From Octopus sinensis (lineage: Eukaryota), in the NCBI RefSeq assembly GCF_006345805.1, contig NC_043009.1:16988001-17052000 (forward strand): 64,000 nt of DNA, in the 5' to 3' direction. A program made the translations under genes and the position numbers. Below are positions 50,450 through 63,215 of the stretch, in pieces. Every line of letters begins with the position of its first letter. Within the stretch, counting starts at the first letter, position 1. The notes under the pieces were generated by a model that had not been told where the DNA came from, ran no database searches, and saw only the letters and a program-made list of their open reading frames with translations.

Positions 50450-52904
50450 TTTGAATGTGAATGACAAAAGTTTTTTGTCATTACCATAAGGTAGGCTGCG
50501 ATTGGTCGAGGAAGGTCACGTGGTGTTTTGGTCTGATGTTGGTATATGGGTAACAGTTAGCTGGAAAATACCACATGGTGAACAGGAAATTGATCACACG
50601 GAGGAGAGGAAATAGACCATGTGGCAGATAGGAAACTGGTCAGGTTGTTGGTGGGCAGGGAGTATATAGTGGCAGCATGTGCAAGTATATAGTGGGTGTG
50701 TAGACACACTCATATGGTTTTGCGTGCATGTGTGTATTGATGCAAGTGTGTGCATCTGTACATGGGCATGCATACATCAGCACACACACATACACTTGGA
50801 TGAACACACATATACACACACATACACATGCATATGCACACATGCACACACACATGCATATTCATTCATATGTACATATGTATATTCACATGCATGTACA
50901 CATGCATACCAATATGCATACACATGTGCATTCGTGCATGCAAGTATACACATGCAAAACAAGCATTGGGGATTTGTAAGCATTTTGAATTGGTAAGCGC
51001 TGGGGACTGGAATGCGTTGGGGGTTGGTAAACATTGGGGACTGGTAATTGACGGTCCTGCTCATGGGGTTGGTTGGTTGGTAGCAGTGACATTGGTACCT
51101 TGTCTGACGTCTCTATGGGGAGCTTTTAATGGGGTGCTTTGACAGGGCTGATATCGCTGACCTCGTTGGGTTATACATCTTGGATACCGCCAAGAGACAT
51201 ATCCATCCACATAGGTCAGCCCTCTATAGGGATGCTGGCCTGGCTATCTCAAGCCCTATGAATGGCCACACCATGGACAGGTTCAAGAAGGACTTGATAA
51301 AAATATTTAAGTAGTTTGGCCTGTCCATAACGGTTACCACTAACCTGACTACAGTCGATTTCTTGTACATGACCTGCACAGGAAGCCTAATGGGGATACA
51401 GTATTCATCCACAAGAGCTCAAACCATCCCCCTAGTTCCAGGTATTAGTAAATGACTATCTAATTTCTTGGCTAATAGAGAGATCTTTTACACTACAAGA
51501 ATGCTTTGGCTAGGAGCGGGCTTACTGAGAAGTTCACATATGTGGACAACCCCCCAAACCCCTCCCCTCATCCCAAAAGGATTAAGAAAACGAAAATTAT
51601 ATGGTATAACCCCTTTCCCTTTCAACCTAGAAGTTTCCACCAACATAGCTAGGGGCTTCCTGTCACTAATTAAGAAACACTTCCCCACAGGCCATAATAC
51701 TACAAACTCTTCAACCTCCATAATGTCAAGGCGAGCTAGTCCTGCTTAGACAACATCGCATCTAACATTGCATGCATCAACAGACGTAAAAATGTACCCC
51801 CCCAACCCCAACTAGCAATTACTGAAACCCCACCATGTGCCCTCTAGAAGGATCTTGCCTCTCAAAGGCTGTAGTATAGAGAGCCACCCATACACCATCC
51901 GGTGGCATTACCAGGCACTATACGGGTATGATATCTAATGACTTCAAGGGAAGCTACTCCCAGCACATGCACTCATTCAGATTCAGGGACAGAGAGAACT
52001 CTATTTCCCTTCCTCATTTTTTCTGGAGACTATGATCTCCAAGATGAAATAACCAGCATCAAATGAACTATTGTTGACAGAGTGCCACCATATTCACCCG
52101 GTGCTCCCAACTGCCAGCTCTGCCACCGTGACAAACTGCATATCCTCCGACAATCCACAGTATCCATCAACAAGGAACACGATTTATCTTATTGCTGTCA
52201 CCAGAAGTATGCCCTTCTGGCAAATTTCAGACCTCTGACTGCCGTAAACCCGAGTATACCACCTGAGTACCTGCTGCTACTCTGTGCTGCTTAAACCAAG
52301 GTCACTGCTACCAACCAACCCCATGAGCAGGACTGCCAATTACCAACCCCCAATGCATACCAATCCCCAACACTTATTTTGTGCATGTATACTCACCTAT
52401 GTGCATGCATGAATGCCCATGTACATATGCATGTGTATGTGCATGCATACATGCATACAAATATACATATATACTTATGAATGAATATTCATGTGTGTGT
52501 GTTAGTATATGTGTATGTATCTGCATGTGTGCATATGTGCATTATGTGTGTTCATCCAAGTGTGTGTATGTGCAGACATGTGCATGTGCACCCATGTACA
52601 GATGCACATGCTCACATCAATACACACATGCATGCAAAACCATTTGAGCGTGTCTACTCACCCACATACAGAACTATATACTTGCACATGCTGCCCCTTC
52701 CTACTCCCCACCAACAACTTGACCAATTTCCTATCTGCCCCAGGCTATTTCCTCTCCTCCATGTGGTCAATTTCCTATTCACCATGCAGTACTTTCCAAC
52801 TAACTGTTACCCATATATCAACATCAAACCATGACACCATGTGACTTTCCTTGACCAATCGCAGCTCACCTTACAGTAATAATAAACGACTTTTATCATT
52901 CAAA

Positions 52905-52945
52905 TGGTTGATGACTAGCATCACGCTTGAAAATCAAGATTACCA
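52905..52945 (+). ncRNA. Degenerate minimal type I hammerhead ribozyme motif in the right pseudo-LTR
   Basis: TGG TTGATGA CTAGCATCACGCTT GAAAA TCAAGA TTA CCA. Same motif as the left copy but with different core mutations; stem I pairs TGG with CCA. Confidence 0.45.
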
Positions 52946-52977
52946 ACGAATTTGAATCAAACTGTTTTGATCCATAA

Positions 52978-53340
<363 letters not shown>

Positions 53341-53742
53341 TTTCCAATATATACATATATGTACGATGGACTTCTTTCAGTTACCATCTCCAAAATCCAC
53401 TCACAAAGCTTTAGTCAGCCTGAAGCTATAGTAGAAGGTGCCATGCAGTGAGACTGAACCTGGAACCATGTGGTTGGGAAGCAAGCTCTTATCACACACC
53501 CACTCATGTTTTATTTTTTTAATTTTTATTTTATCTGTTTTAGTCATTAAACTGTGGCCATGCTGGTGCACCACTCTGAAGAACCCCCAGCTAAATGAAT
53601 CAACCTCAATACCATTTTTTTTAAAGATTGGTACTTATTTTATCAATCTCTTTGCTTCTGAACCACTAAGTCATGGGAATGCAAACAACACTGGCCATCA
53701 GGCAGTGGTGAGGGACAAACACAGACACAAACACACACACAT

Positions 53743-53911
53743 GAGGTAGAGAAGTAGCGTTCTCTCTGTCCCTGTATCTGAATGAGTGCATATGCTGGGA
53801 GTAGCTTCCCTTGAAGTCATTAGATATCATACCCGTATAGTGCCTAGTAATGCCACCGGATATGTATGGGTGGCTCTGTATACTACAGCCCTTAAGAGGC
53901 AAGATCCTTCT
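53743..53911 (-). repeat. Inverted copy of the PLE GIY-YIG segment at 51845-52015
   Basis: The reverse complement matches 51845-52015 with roughly a dozen differences in ~170 bp. It sits inside the microsatellite linker of a family A SINE. Confidence 0.85.
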
Positions 53912-54320
53912 ATTATATATATTATATATATATATAATATATGACAAGCTTCTTTCAGTTTCTGTTTACCAAATCCACTCACAAGGCATCGATTGGTCTG
54001 ATGCTTTAGTGGAAGACATTTGCCCAAGGTGCCAAGCCATGGGACTGAACCTAAAACCATCTGGTTGGGAAGCAAACTTCTTACCATATAGTTACAACTG
54101 TGCCTATATTAAGAAAATATCTTTTTAAAGTCGTTAAGTATTTAAAAGAATTATTCAAAGCAGAAAATGTTACAAACCTTCCAGAAAGAAATTTTCATAT
54201 AGTGTGTATTTTGTTTGTAAGCACTTTCATTCATGTATTTAAAAAGTTGAACAATATCTACACACAAAATGCACAATAAATGAAAACTTCTTTTCCAAAG
54301 TTTTTTGACATTCTGCTTTT

Positions 54321-54356
<36 letters not shown>

Positions 54357-54431
54357 CATCTAATATAGGATAAAATTTTCGAAAAAATTTTATCAGCATA
54401 TTAAAAAATACCTTTGAAGGCTAAATTTATT

Positions 54432-55182
54432 AACAACTTATAAACAAAGGCAAAAACAAAAAAATTCCAATGCCAAATATGCCGAAAATCCTCAATAACC
54501 ATATAATTCATCACTATAAGCATGTGTCTCGAAGCAAGCCGACAGAAATTTCTAAAAAATTTCATTATTACCGAATCGGCCCCAATTTCTGAGTTAATTC
54601 ATAAAGAATTTTCTCATCGTCAGTGGTAAATACGATAAGAAATAAATGAGATACTTACTTGCACCCATGGAAGAAGTAGACACCAAGTCATGAGTACACT
54701 TAAGTACCCCAAATATATCCAAAATAGAAATTCTACAGCACTCCCTGAGATACATGTGATTTTTCGAAAATTTTATCCTATATTAGATGTAAATTTAATA
54801 CTATTCACTTCCAGACTCACTCACTCTATGAGAATTTTCAGTCCGATCATACGCGTCTCGGGTGTGCTGCAGAATTTCTATTTTGGATATATTTGGAGTA
54901 TTTAAGTGTACACATGACTTGGTGTCTACTTCTTCCATGGGTGCAAGTAAGTATCTCATTTATTTCTTATCGCATTTACCGCTGATGACGAGAAAATTCT
55001 TTATGAATTAACTCAGAAATCAGGGCCGATTCGTTAATAACAGAATTTTTTAGAAATTTCTGTCGGCTTGCTTCGAGACGCATGCTTATAGTGATGAATT
55101 ATGTGGTTATTGATGATTTAAGTCTATTTTCGGCATATTTGGCATTGGAAGATTTTTCTTTTGTCCTTGTATATAAGTTGTT
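54432..55182. repeat. Long inverted repeat (foldback/MITE-like)
   Basis: Arms at 54432-54750 and 54856-55182 are reverse complements, by eye over 90% identical, with a ~105-bp spacer. Confidence 0.9.
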
Positions 55183-55195
55183 TATATATATATAT

Positions 55196-55640
55196 ATACA
55201 AGCAAAACGCCCCCTGTCCAATTGACAGTGCTGAGTTGTCAAACATTTAAACAAAATTTTCTCAAAACAACTTGTCCGACTGTCCCATAGGCCTCCCCTT
55301 TGAGAAACCCTGATTTAACCTAAATTTGAGACACCAGCAAAAGACGAAATAAAGATAGACATTTTTTCTATTCCAAAGAAAAACGATTTTATTCACACAA
55401 ATATGCAACCGAAGAGTTTAAAGTACCAGTAAGTACATCGCAACTGCTGATGTACTTGTGCATTCAAAGGCACATTTGCACAGCTTTGTCGATCGCATTC
55501 TCACCTGGAATCGATTTTTGTAATTTTTTCAAGACTTATACTGTCGGTATCTACACATCAAATTTGAGCACAATCGGATGGAGGATGCCCGAGATCCTAG
55601 AAGACACACCCACAGACTGATAGAACGGATTTTATATAAT
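55196..55640 (+). mobile_element. Helitron-like non-autonomous element copy
   Basis: 3' end aaatttgagcacaatcggatggagg..agacacacccacagactgatagaacggattttatataattgat is similar to the 3' ends of the 29461-29852 and 7040-7135 copies. Confidence 0.5.
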
Positions 55641-56705
55641 TGATATATATATTTAAATACTTAATAACCTTTAAAAGCATTTTCTTTAAACAGTTTGATT
55701 ATATCAAGTAGTTTATTCAAAAACTTTTAACTGTCGGTGACACATAAAAGGTACCTGTGTTGGTGGTGGTGGTGGAAGCTGAAATAAGCTCACTGTGTGT
55801 GTATATGTGTGTGTGTGGGTGTGTTTCTCTCCCCCACCCACTGTTGACAACCAGTTTGGTGTGTTTCTGTCCCCATAACTTAGCAGTTTGGCAAAGCTGA
55901 CCAATAAAATAAGTACCAAGCTGAAAAAAAGAAGTACTGGGTTGACTCATTCAAGTAAAATTCATTGAGGTAGTGTCTCAACGTGGCCGGCTGATGACTG
56001 AAACAAGTAAAAGAATAAAAGAATGATAGAGTTCTCCAATTTCCTCTCTATCACATTTTATTCATAACCAAGACATTTTTCTAAGTTGATATACCCAAAT
56101 CTGGACTACGGAGTTGTAAACAGAGTTTCTTAAACAGAGTTTCTTAAACAGCCTTCCCTGCATCAGTTAACCCTTAAACATTCAGATTATTCTGTCAAAT
56201 GTAATGCTTATTGATTCCCTTTATTTTCAGAATGATATTGTATGGAACGTGTGACAGGTTGAATCTAGCCAGCTCGAACACGCAACATGTAGAATATTTG
56301 GGCTGGATATGGCCAGTTTAAATACATATGGGTTAGATATAAAGATATTTGTATATGATGGGCAAGTAAATTCACTAAAGGAACATTGTGAAGATAGAAT
56401 AAAAAACAACACATTTCTTGATACTATCTCAGATATTCATGTGATTACATATATAACTGTTACTCTTTTTTATCCACCAGTTTTAGTGCACGTTGGGTAT
56501 TCCTGTAAATTTACTGACTTATGATTTGGGATTTTGAATCCTAAATCCTATTACACATGGTCTCCATTTCACAAATATCATTGCATGAAAGGAAAGGAAT
56601 TTATAATTTCCATCATTTTAATATCATATATCTTTTGTCTCTCTTTTTCACTCACATGTCCACATGAATACACACGCACACACACACACACACATGCACA
56701 GTCAT

Positions 56706-56739
<34 letters not shown>

Positions 56740-57744
56740 ACACACACACACATGCACAGTCATGCACATTTTCCCTATTTTGTCATGTGTGATATGATTT
56801 TACAAGTTAGGCCAATTTCTTCTTTTTTTTTTTACAGCTGGAAATCATTTTCACTGCTAGCCATTTAATTATGAGACAATTGGGGTTGTACCTTTTTGTC
56901 AACAAGAAAGATGGCAACCTACTGAATAATATTTCCTTTCTATGTAAGAAAATAAAAGCTGTGTCTAGTAAGCTAAGATGTTAACCTCACAACCTGTTCC
57001 AGCCATCATGCAATTCTTGACATGACACCAATCAGATGGCACATTTCTGCAGAACTGCAAAGCCCTTTTTATTTTTCTGAAATATTCTGATATCTCCCCA
57101 TGACTGCAAACATTGATATTTTCCCTGCAACCAATGTCTAACTTTCAACACTTTCTGAATGATAATTCCACAACAATCAGATGAGTTAATCTCACAACAG
57201 CCAAATAAGAAATATAAAACTCATTGAACACTAAAAACAAAAAAAAAAAAAACATAACAACTACATTATATTTAATTTTAAATGCAATTTATTCTCTTTT
57301 GTTCAGTTACCACTACATAGCCACAAGTTACTGCTACACTACCACTGGTTACTGCTATATACAAAGTACCAATAGAATCATTCCTTTAATAGAATACAGC
57401 AACCTAATAACAACCAGATAGTGTTTCATTCAAGAGAAGATAAACAGATGTGGTTGGAGCGAGAGATAAGTGTGTAGTATTTACGGGGGGGGGGTAGTTA
57501 TAAAAGTATGTAGGGGTGGGGTAGTTGCAGCAGGGTGGTAGAGTGGAATAATTATAACAGTAATTGTAACAGCAGTGTGGGGTAATTGTAAAAATGGTCG
57601 TGGAGAGTAGAGTGGTTTAGTTACATCAGTGGTTGTTAGGAGTGGTTATAATAGTGATTATGGTATAGTCGTAGCTATAGTGGTTATGGGGTAGTTATAA
57701 TAGAAGTTAAGTAGGTATAAGTTAAGTAGGCCTTAAGAATTCTT

Positions 57745-57917
57745 TTATTGAGAAATGCTAACACAGTGTCTTTGATTCTTTGCTCCTGCTGCAAGTGTAG
57801 TTTTTCCAAGAGGACATGGTTTGCAGAAAGTCTTCTCCCATTTGTTCTGGAAGGTCCCTATCGCACATGGCTCACAAACAGTGTCTCTTTGCCGGAAACT
57901 TCCTGGCTTACACATAT
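57745..57917 (-). CDS. Terminal exon encoding an Ephrin-receptor-like (GCC2/GCC3-type) Cys-rich repeat, plus stop
   Basis: Acceptor ttctttcaatttctgacag|AT (phase 1). Peptide (D)MCKPGSFRQRDTVCEPCAIGTFQNKWEKTFCKPCPLGKTTLAAGAKNQRHCVSISQ* has the C..C..GT.Q......C..CP.G.TT...GA.....C signature. It is not in the ORF track on this strand. Confidence 0.9.
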
Positions 57918-58059
57918 CTGTCAGAAATTGAAAGAATATTTAATCAATACACACAGAATCAACATAGGAAATATGGTCAACATAATAAAACATTAGGTAA
58001 ACTCATAATAAATGCAGATAATAAGCATAATAAACGTAAACAAATATTGATAATTGGAT

Positions 58060-58370
58060 ATAAATATAAGAGAGTGACCACCATGTGGTCTACTCTAGCA
58101 CTAAAAATAGATCCGCAAAGTTTCAGCCACAAAAGAAATTGTTTCCGTTGAAAGTTAGCACTACTACCAGCGCAAATGAACAGGCAAATAAACATAATAA
58201 AATAACAAAATGTAGATTAATCTATATTTTGTTATGTTTATTTGCCCTGTTCATTTGCGCTGGTAGTAGTGCTAACTTTCAACGGAAACAATTTCTTTTC
58301 TGGCTGAAACTTTGCGGATCTATTTTTAGTGCTAGAGTAGACCACATGGTGGTCACTCTCTTATATTTAT
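58060..58370. repeat. Near-perfect spacerless palindrome of 311 bp
   Basis: Centre gat|taatc at 58218/58219. The arms differ by an 8-nt indel and a few substitutions. Confidence 0.95.
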
Positions 58371-60004
58371 GTATAAAATGTGTCGTAATCCGGTTTTTTA
58401 TGCACTAAGCCACTTGGTGGTAAATGGATGTGCTATTAAATTAGTACCCAATTTTCTCACCCTTATCGGTTGATAATTGTATATAGATATTTAACATATT
58501 TTGACCAAATCAGCATAATAAACAATCAACATCATATTTTATAAACTACATTATTAATCTTAAACTTGGTGGTGGCACTCTGTTCTGCAGTATACAGAAC
58601 AAATACCGATGCTCTGGTAATTTTGCCATTTCAAACAATCCTTTCTATTATAGGCACAAGGAGGGGCTAGTTGATTACATTGACCCCCAGTGCTCAAATG
58701 ATAGTCATTTTTGCCAACCCCAAAGGAATGAAAGGTAAAGTCAACCTTAGTGGAACTTGAACTCAGAACATAATGACATGAGATACTGCTAAGCATTTTG
58801 TCAGGCATGCTAATGATTCTGCCAGTTCACCACCATAATAAATATTCCACTATAAATATGGTGTATCAGGGAACAGATTGTAGATGTGCAACGAAAGATT
58901 TCAGTTGTAATTGTAATAAATATATGATACCACTACAAAATTTGAACAAGTGAATATAACTGTACATGTGTATTTCAAACTGATATCCTGACTCTCCCCT
59001 AATGCAATTATAAATGACATTTGTCCACTAAAGCAGAAGTGAATTATAATGTATATACAATATAAAAACATAAAAATATAAATTATACAAAAATATATAA
59101 TTCTTAAAATGTATATAAAAAAATTGCAAAAATGTTGCAATACTATATATATATAGTGGTAATAAATAGATATAAATACATTAAAATGATTTATAGTAAT
59201 AATGATGATGATAATGATGATTGTTGTCATCAACATGGTACAAGGCCAGCAATTTTGAATCATCATTATCATCATCATCATCATGATATAATATATATAT
59301 TTCTGCTATATTTGAGAAATTTTGATCGGGTCAGAGAGGTCGCTCTTTTTAAAGATGAAATACCTGGTAGCATACTTTTAAAAGTTGAGATAAATCTCTG
59401 TTGAGCGAAAGACCGAAACGCTGGCTGTTGAGGAGTGCATTGTCTGAGGGTAGTGGTAGAAACATTACCATGACCAGTCATCTTATTTGTTAATGATGAT
59501 CAGTGATGTGTACATTTTGGTGAGACAAGTAGATTACAAATGTACAGCTTTGGAAAACATTGTTGTCTGAGTAGGTCTTGGGGCTGGATGTAAAGTGAAC
59601 ACCATCAAGTTCCAAACCAGCAGAAGTGGGGCCAACACCATCACCACTACTTCTCTCATCAGCAATGTGCTCTCCCTCCTCCATCATCATCATCATCATC
59701 ACTGTCGTCGTTGTCACCACCACCATCACCACCACCAACAACAATGTTTTATGCCCACTTTTCCATGTTAGCATGGGTTGAATGGTGTTTCTGAGGTGGC
59801 GTTTTATTGCCGCATGCTCTTCTTACTGTGTGTGTCTTTGTGTCTGTATTTGTCCCTCACCACCACTTAATAACTGGTGTTGATGTTTTACTCCCCTTTT
59901 ACAACATACGGGTAGCATACTGGTGTGTCCATTCTAAAACTGGGATACACATAGCAACAAAGCAGTAATGGAAAAAAGATGAAAAAAAGAAGAAAAGCAT
60001 TTAC

Positions 60005-60202
60005 CTATGCAATGCGTAAGTTGAATGGGTGGAATATCCCACTTGTCTGAGTCAGGAGGACATCGGAATACAAATTTGGTATGGTTGTTTGGAAAACGGA
60101 AATAGGAATTACATCCTGCTGTGCATCTTTGTGCATCATCATCAGTGTAACTGCAACGTAGGTAACCATTTTGGGGTTTGACTAATTCTGGACATCTTCC
60201 AT
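60005..60202 (-). CDS. Exon encoding a 6-Cys sushi/CCP domain
   Basis: Acceptor tttttttgttgctttaccag|AT and donor G|GTAAAT; symmetric phase 1-1, 198 nt. Peptide (H)GRCPELVKPQNGYLRCSYTDDDAQRCTAGCNSYFRFPNNHTKFVFRCPPDSDKWDIPPIQLTHCI shows the C..L..P.NG...C...C...C...F...C...W...C pattern. Confidence 0.9.
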
Positions 60203-60488
60203 CTGGTAAAGCAACAAAAAAAGCATTAAGATTTATAATAATAAATGACTTATGAGCTAAATATAATCCATGGTAAAACACATGACTCTAGCTAACTCTG
60301 TCCACTTAATCTGCATAGGTCCCATGGATAGTCACACACTACACTATAGAACGAAAGAGGTTGTAATTAAAGTGTATGTCGAAGCTGCAGTGTTGGAGTC
60401 ATAAGAAACTGATGCAAAGTTGATTCGATATATTGATCCTAGAAATATCTATGCATGTATTTGTCTGCAGAATCAGCAATTTTGTTGG

Positions 60489-60545
<57 letters not shown>

Positions 60546-60865
60546 TAAAAGAGAAAGAGAGAGATGGTTCAAACAGTCACTCTAATGAAAGTAATCTGTA
60601 AACAGATGACTATACAATAACTATTAATGAACGAATATCAATGTAGATTCTTAAACTTAAATTTTATGGAAGCTATTTCACTGTAATGTTCAAAGTCTAC
60701 TGAGATTAAACCATGGCAGACTGTCTATAAAGATAATCCAAAGTTATAAGAACTCCTATGATGATTTTAAGACATATAAAAGTATAGCACTTCTAGATAG
60801 TTATAGAAAACTAAAAGGATGGATATAATAGGTACAAACCATAACAGTAGATTAAATTAACTTAC

Positions 60866-60971
60866 GTTTTACGTCCACCATAAATATACACCTTGCAAAA
60901 TTATTTTCACTATCTCGACCTGTGTAAATGACTTGGTTCATTCCATAATCCATTTCACTTTCTTCTGGGAC
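60866..60971 (-). CDS. Exon encoding the C-terminal half of an HYR domain (SVEP1/uninflatable-like protein)
   Basis: Acceptor cctatttcatttcatttag|GTC and donor C|GTAAGT. Peptide [35 protein letters not shown] fits the HYR pattern G..V.YT..D..NN.A.C.F.V.V. The exon is 106 nt, phase 0 to phase 1. Confidence 0.85.
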
Positions 60972-61056
60972 CTAAATGAAATGAAATAGGAATTTTAATT
61001 TCAAGAAAATCATTGTTCATGTCAACCGATATGTATGTATGTATACATACATATAC

Positions 61057-61093
<37 letters not shown>

Positions 61094-61118
61094 CATGTAT
61101 GCATATATAGATATATAC

Positions 61119-61182
<64 letters not shown>

Positions 61183-61212
61183 TTGTGTGTGTGTGTGTGT
61201 GTGGTAGCCACA

Positions 61213-61540
61213 GGTGTGGCTGTGTGGTAAGTAGTTTGCTTCCCAGCCACATGGTTCTGGGTTCACCCCCACAGTGCGCAACCTTGGGCAGATTTGGTAG
61301 ATAGAAACTGTCTATATGTGTGTGTGTGTCTTTGTGTCTGTATTTGTCCCTCACCACCACTTGATAACTGGTGTTGATGTGTTTATGTCTCCATGGCTTA
61401 GCGGTCAGCAGAAAAAAACCAATAGAATAAGTACCAGGCTTATAAAAAAAATAATTACTGGTGGTCAATTAGTCTGACTAAAATTCCTCGAGGCAGTGCC
61501 CCAGCATGGCCATAGTCTAATGACTAAAGATAAAAGATAC
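61213..61540 (+). mobile_element. Family A SINE with internal deletion
   Basis: Head gtggctgtgtggtaagtag and tail cccagcatggccatagtctaatgact. Confidence 0.8.
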
Positions 61541-61962
61541 GTATACGTGGAGATCATCATTGTTTTAGCATCCACTTTTCCATGTTCACCTGGACTGGAC
61601 AGAATTTGTTGAAATACATTTTCTACAGCATGTAGCCCTTCCTGTTAAACATTCACCTGTTTCCAAGTAAGGCAATATTTCCACATAGCTGGACATGCTT
61701 TCATGGAAGTTTGGAAATGTTTACAACAAGGAGACACTAACTTAAACACAGACATACAGAAATATGTATGCATATATATATATATATATATATATAATAA
61801 AATATTAGGTAATAAATCCAAACTTACAGGGAAAAATCAGATTTAGGATTGAATCCAATTTTATAGTAATCTTATGTATTGGCTTAAGTTTTTCATTGTA
61901 TGATTTGCCTAATAGTGGTTTTATTTCTAATTTAATATAATATATATATATATATATATATA

Positions 61963-62029
<67 letters not shown>

Positions 62030-62817
62030 ACTTCTTTCATCTGATCAATCAAATCCACCAGATTATAGTAGAAGACCCATACCCATATACTCTTTTACTC
62101 TTTTACTTGTTTCAGCCATTTGACCGTGGCCATGGTGGAGCACCACCTTTAGTCAAGCAAATCAACCCCAGAGCTTATTCTTTGTAAGCCTAGTACTTCA
62201 ATCCTCATGATAAACTTAGATGATCAGATGACAGCTACATCCATCTCATATGTAACAACAATAATGCCCAGACACTGAATGACTGCATACAACATAGTTT
62301 TGTCCCTCTGTACACATCACAGATAAGGGCTATCTGAAAACACTTACATGCCTGCAGAGCACGGCTGGCCCTAGGGTTGCTGGTGCCCTAGGAAAACTGA
62401 ACTTTGATGTGTACAAGCTGATGGTTGTGGAAATTTCCTAGTCTTTGTCATGCCATAGTGCCCTGGGCAACTGCCTGAGTTGCTGGTACCTTGAGTTGGT
62501 CCTGCCACAGAGTTTCTCAAACATGTTGTCCTTGGTAGCACTGCCACGCTAAGGAATTTTTAGAAGTTGTCCATAGTCATCCCCTAGTTGGAAGTCTTCT
62601 GAAACAGACCAGTCACCTTGTTTCCAATGACATCCAGAACTTCTCCGAAGACGCCATTGCTCTTTCCCCACTACTAATTCTCTTTAGGTTGCAACAGTGG
62701 AACTTACAACAATCCCATTGCTTGCCTGGGGTCTGATGACGTTCTAGATGCCAAGTGCCATTTCTTCATCTAAACTTCACCCAGGAATGTAGCTTTATAA
62801 AAGAAAGACATACTTTA

Positions 62818-63215
62818 TGCGTGGCTGTGAGGTAAGAAACTTGCTTCCCAACCAGATGGTTCTGGGTTCAGTCCCACTGAGTGGAACCTTGGGCAAATGT
62901 CTTCTCCTATAACCTCAGGCCAACTAAAGTCTTCTGAGAGGATCTGGTAGATGGAAACTGAAAGAAGCCCCATCGTATATGTATATATATATGTATATGT
63001 TTGTGCGTGTCTTTGTGTTTGTTGCATCATTACTTAACAACTGGTGATGGTGTGTTTACATCCCTGTAACTTAATGGTTTGGCAGAGACCAATAGGATAA
63101 GTACTAGGGTTAAAAAATACGTCCTGGGGTTGAATTGTTTGACAAAAACACTACAAAGCAGTGCTCCAGCATGGCTACAGTCAAATGACTGAAACAAAAG
63201 AAAGAATAAAAGAGT
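62818..63215 (+). mobile_element. Family A SINE
   Basis: Head gtggctgtgaggtaagaaacttgc through tail gtcaaatgactgaaacaaaag. Confidence 0.85.

Larger units (their letters stand above)
50377..52976 (+). mobile_element. Penelope-like element (degenerate RT C-terminus plus GIY-YIG endonuclease) flanked by inverted pseudo-LTRs
   Basis: The core at 51097-52294 translates in broken frames to GCFDRADIADLVGLYIL..ALYRDAGLAI..KKDLIKIFK, KIIWYNPF..NLEVSTNIARGFLSLIKKHFP, YTGMISNDFKG..QHMHSF and CQLCHRDKLHIL. 50377-51096 is the reverse complement of 52295-52976, by eye roughly 80-85% identical. Confidence 0.85.

Noticed and set aside
59300-59650. Unique sequence as a candidate linker exon between the sushi and Ephrin-like exons
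   Set aside because: The minus-strand frames tested from the plausible acceptor hit stops before a phase-1 donor.
62341-62504. GTAAGT donor at ~62347 on the minus strand
   Set aside because: The upstream sequence looks like a small hAT-type MITE (GGCCCTAGGG motifs) and encodes nothing HYR-like.
62707-62792. AG...GTAAGT-bounded segment on the minus strand as the upstream HYR exon
   Set aside because: All three frames contain stops and the region resembles LINE debris.
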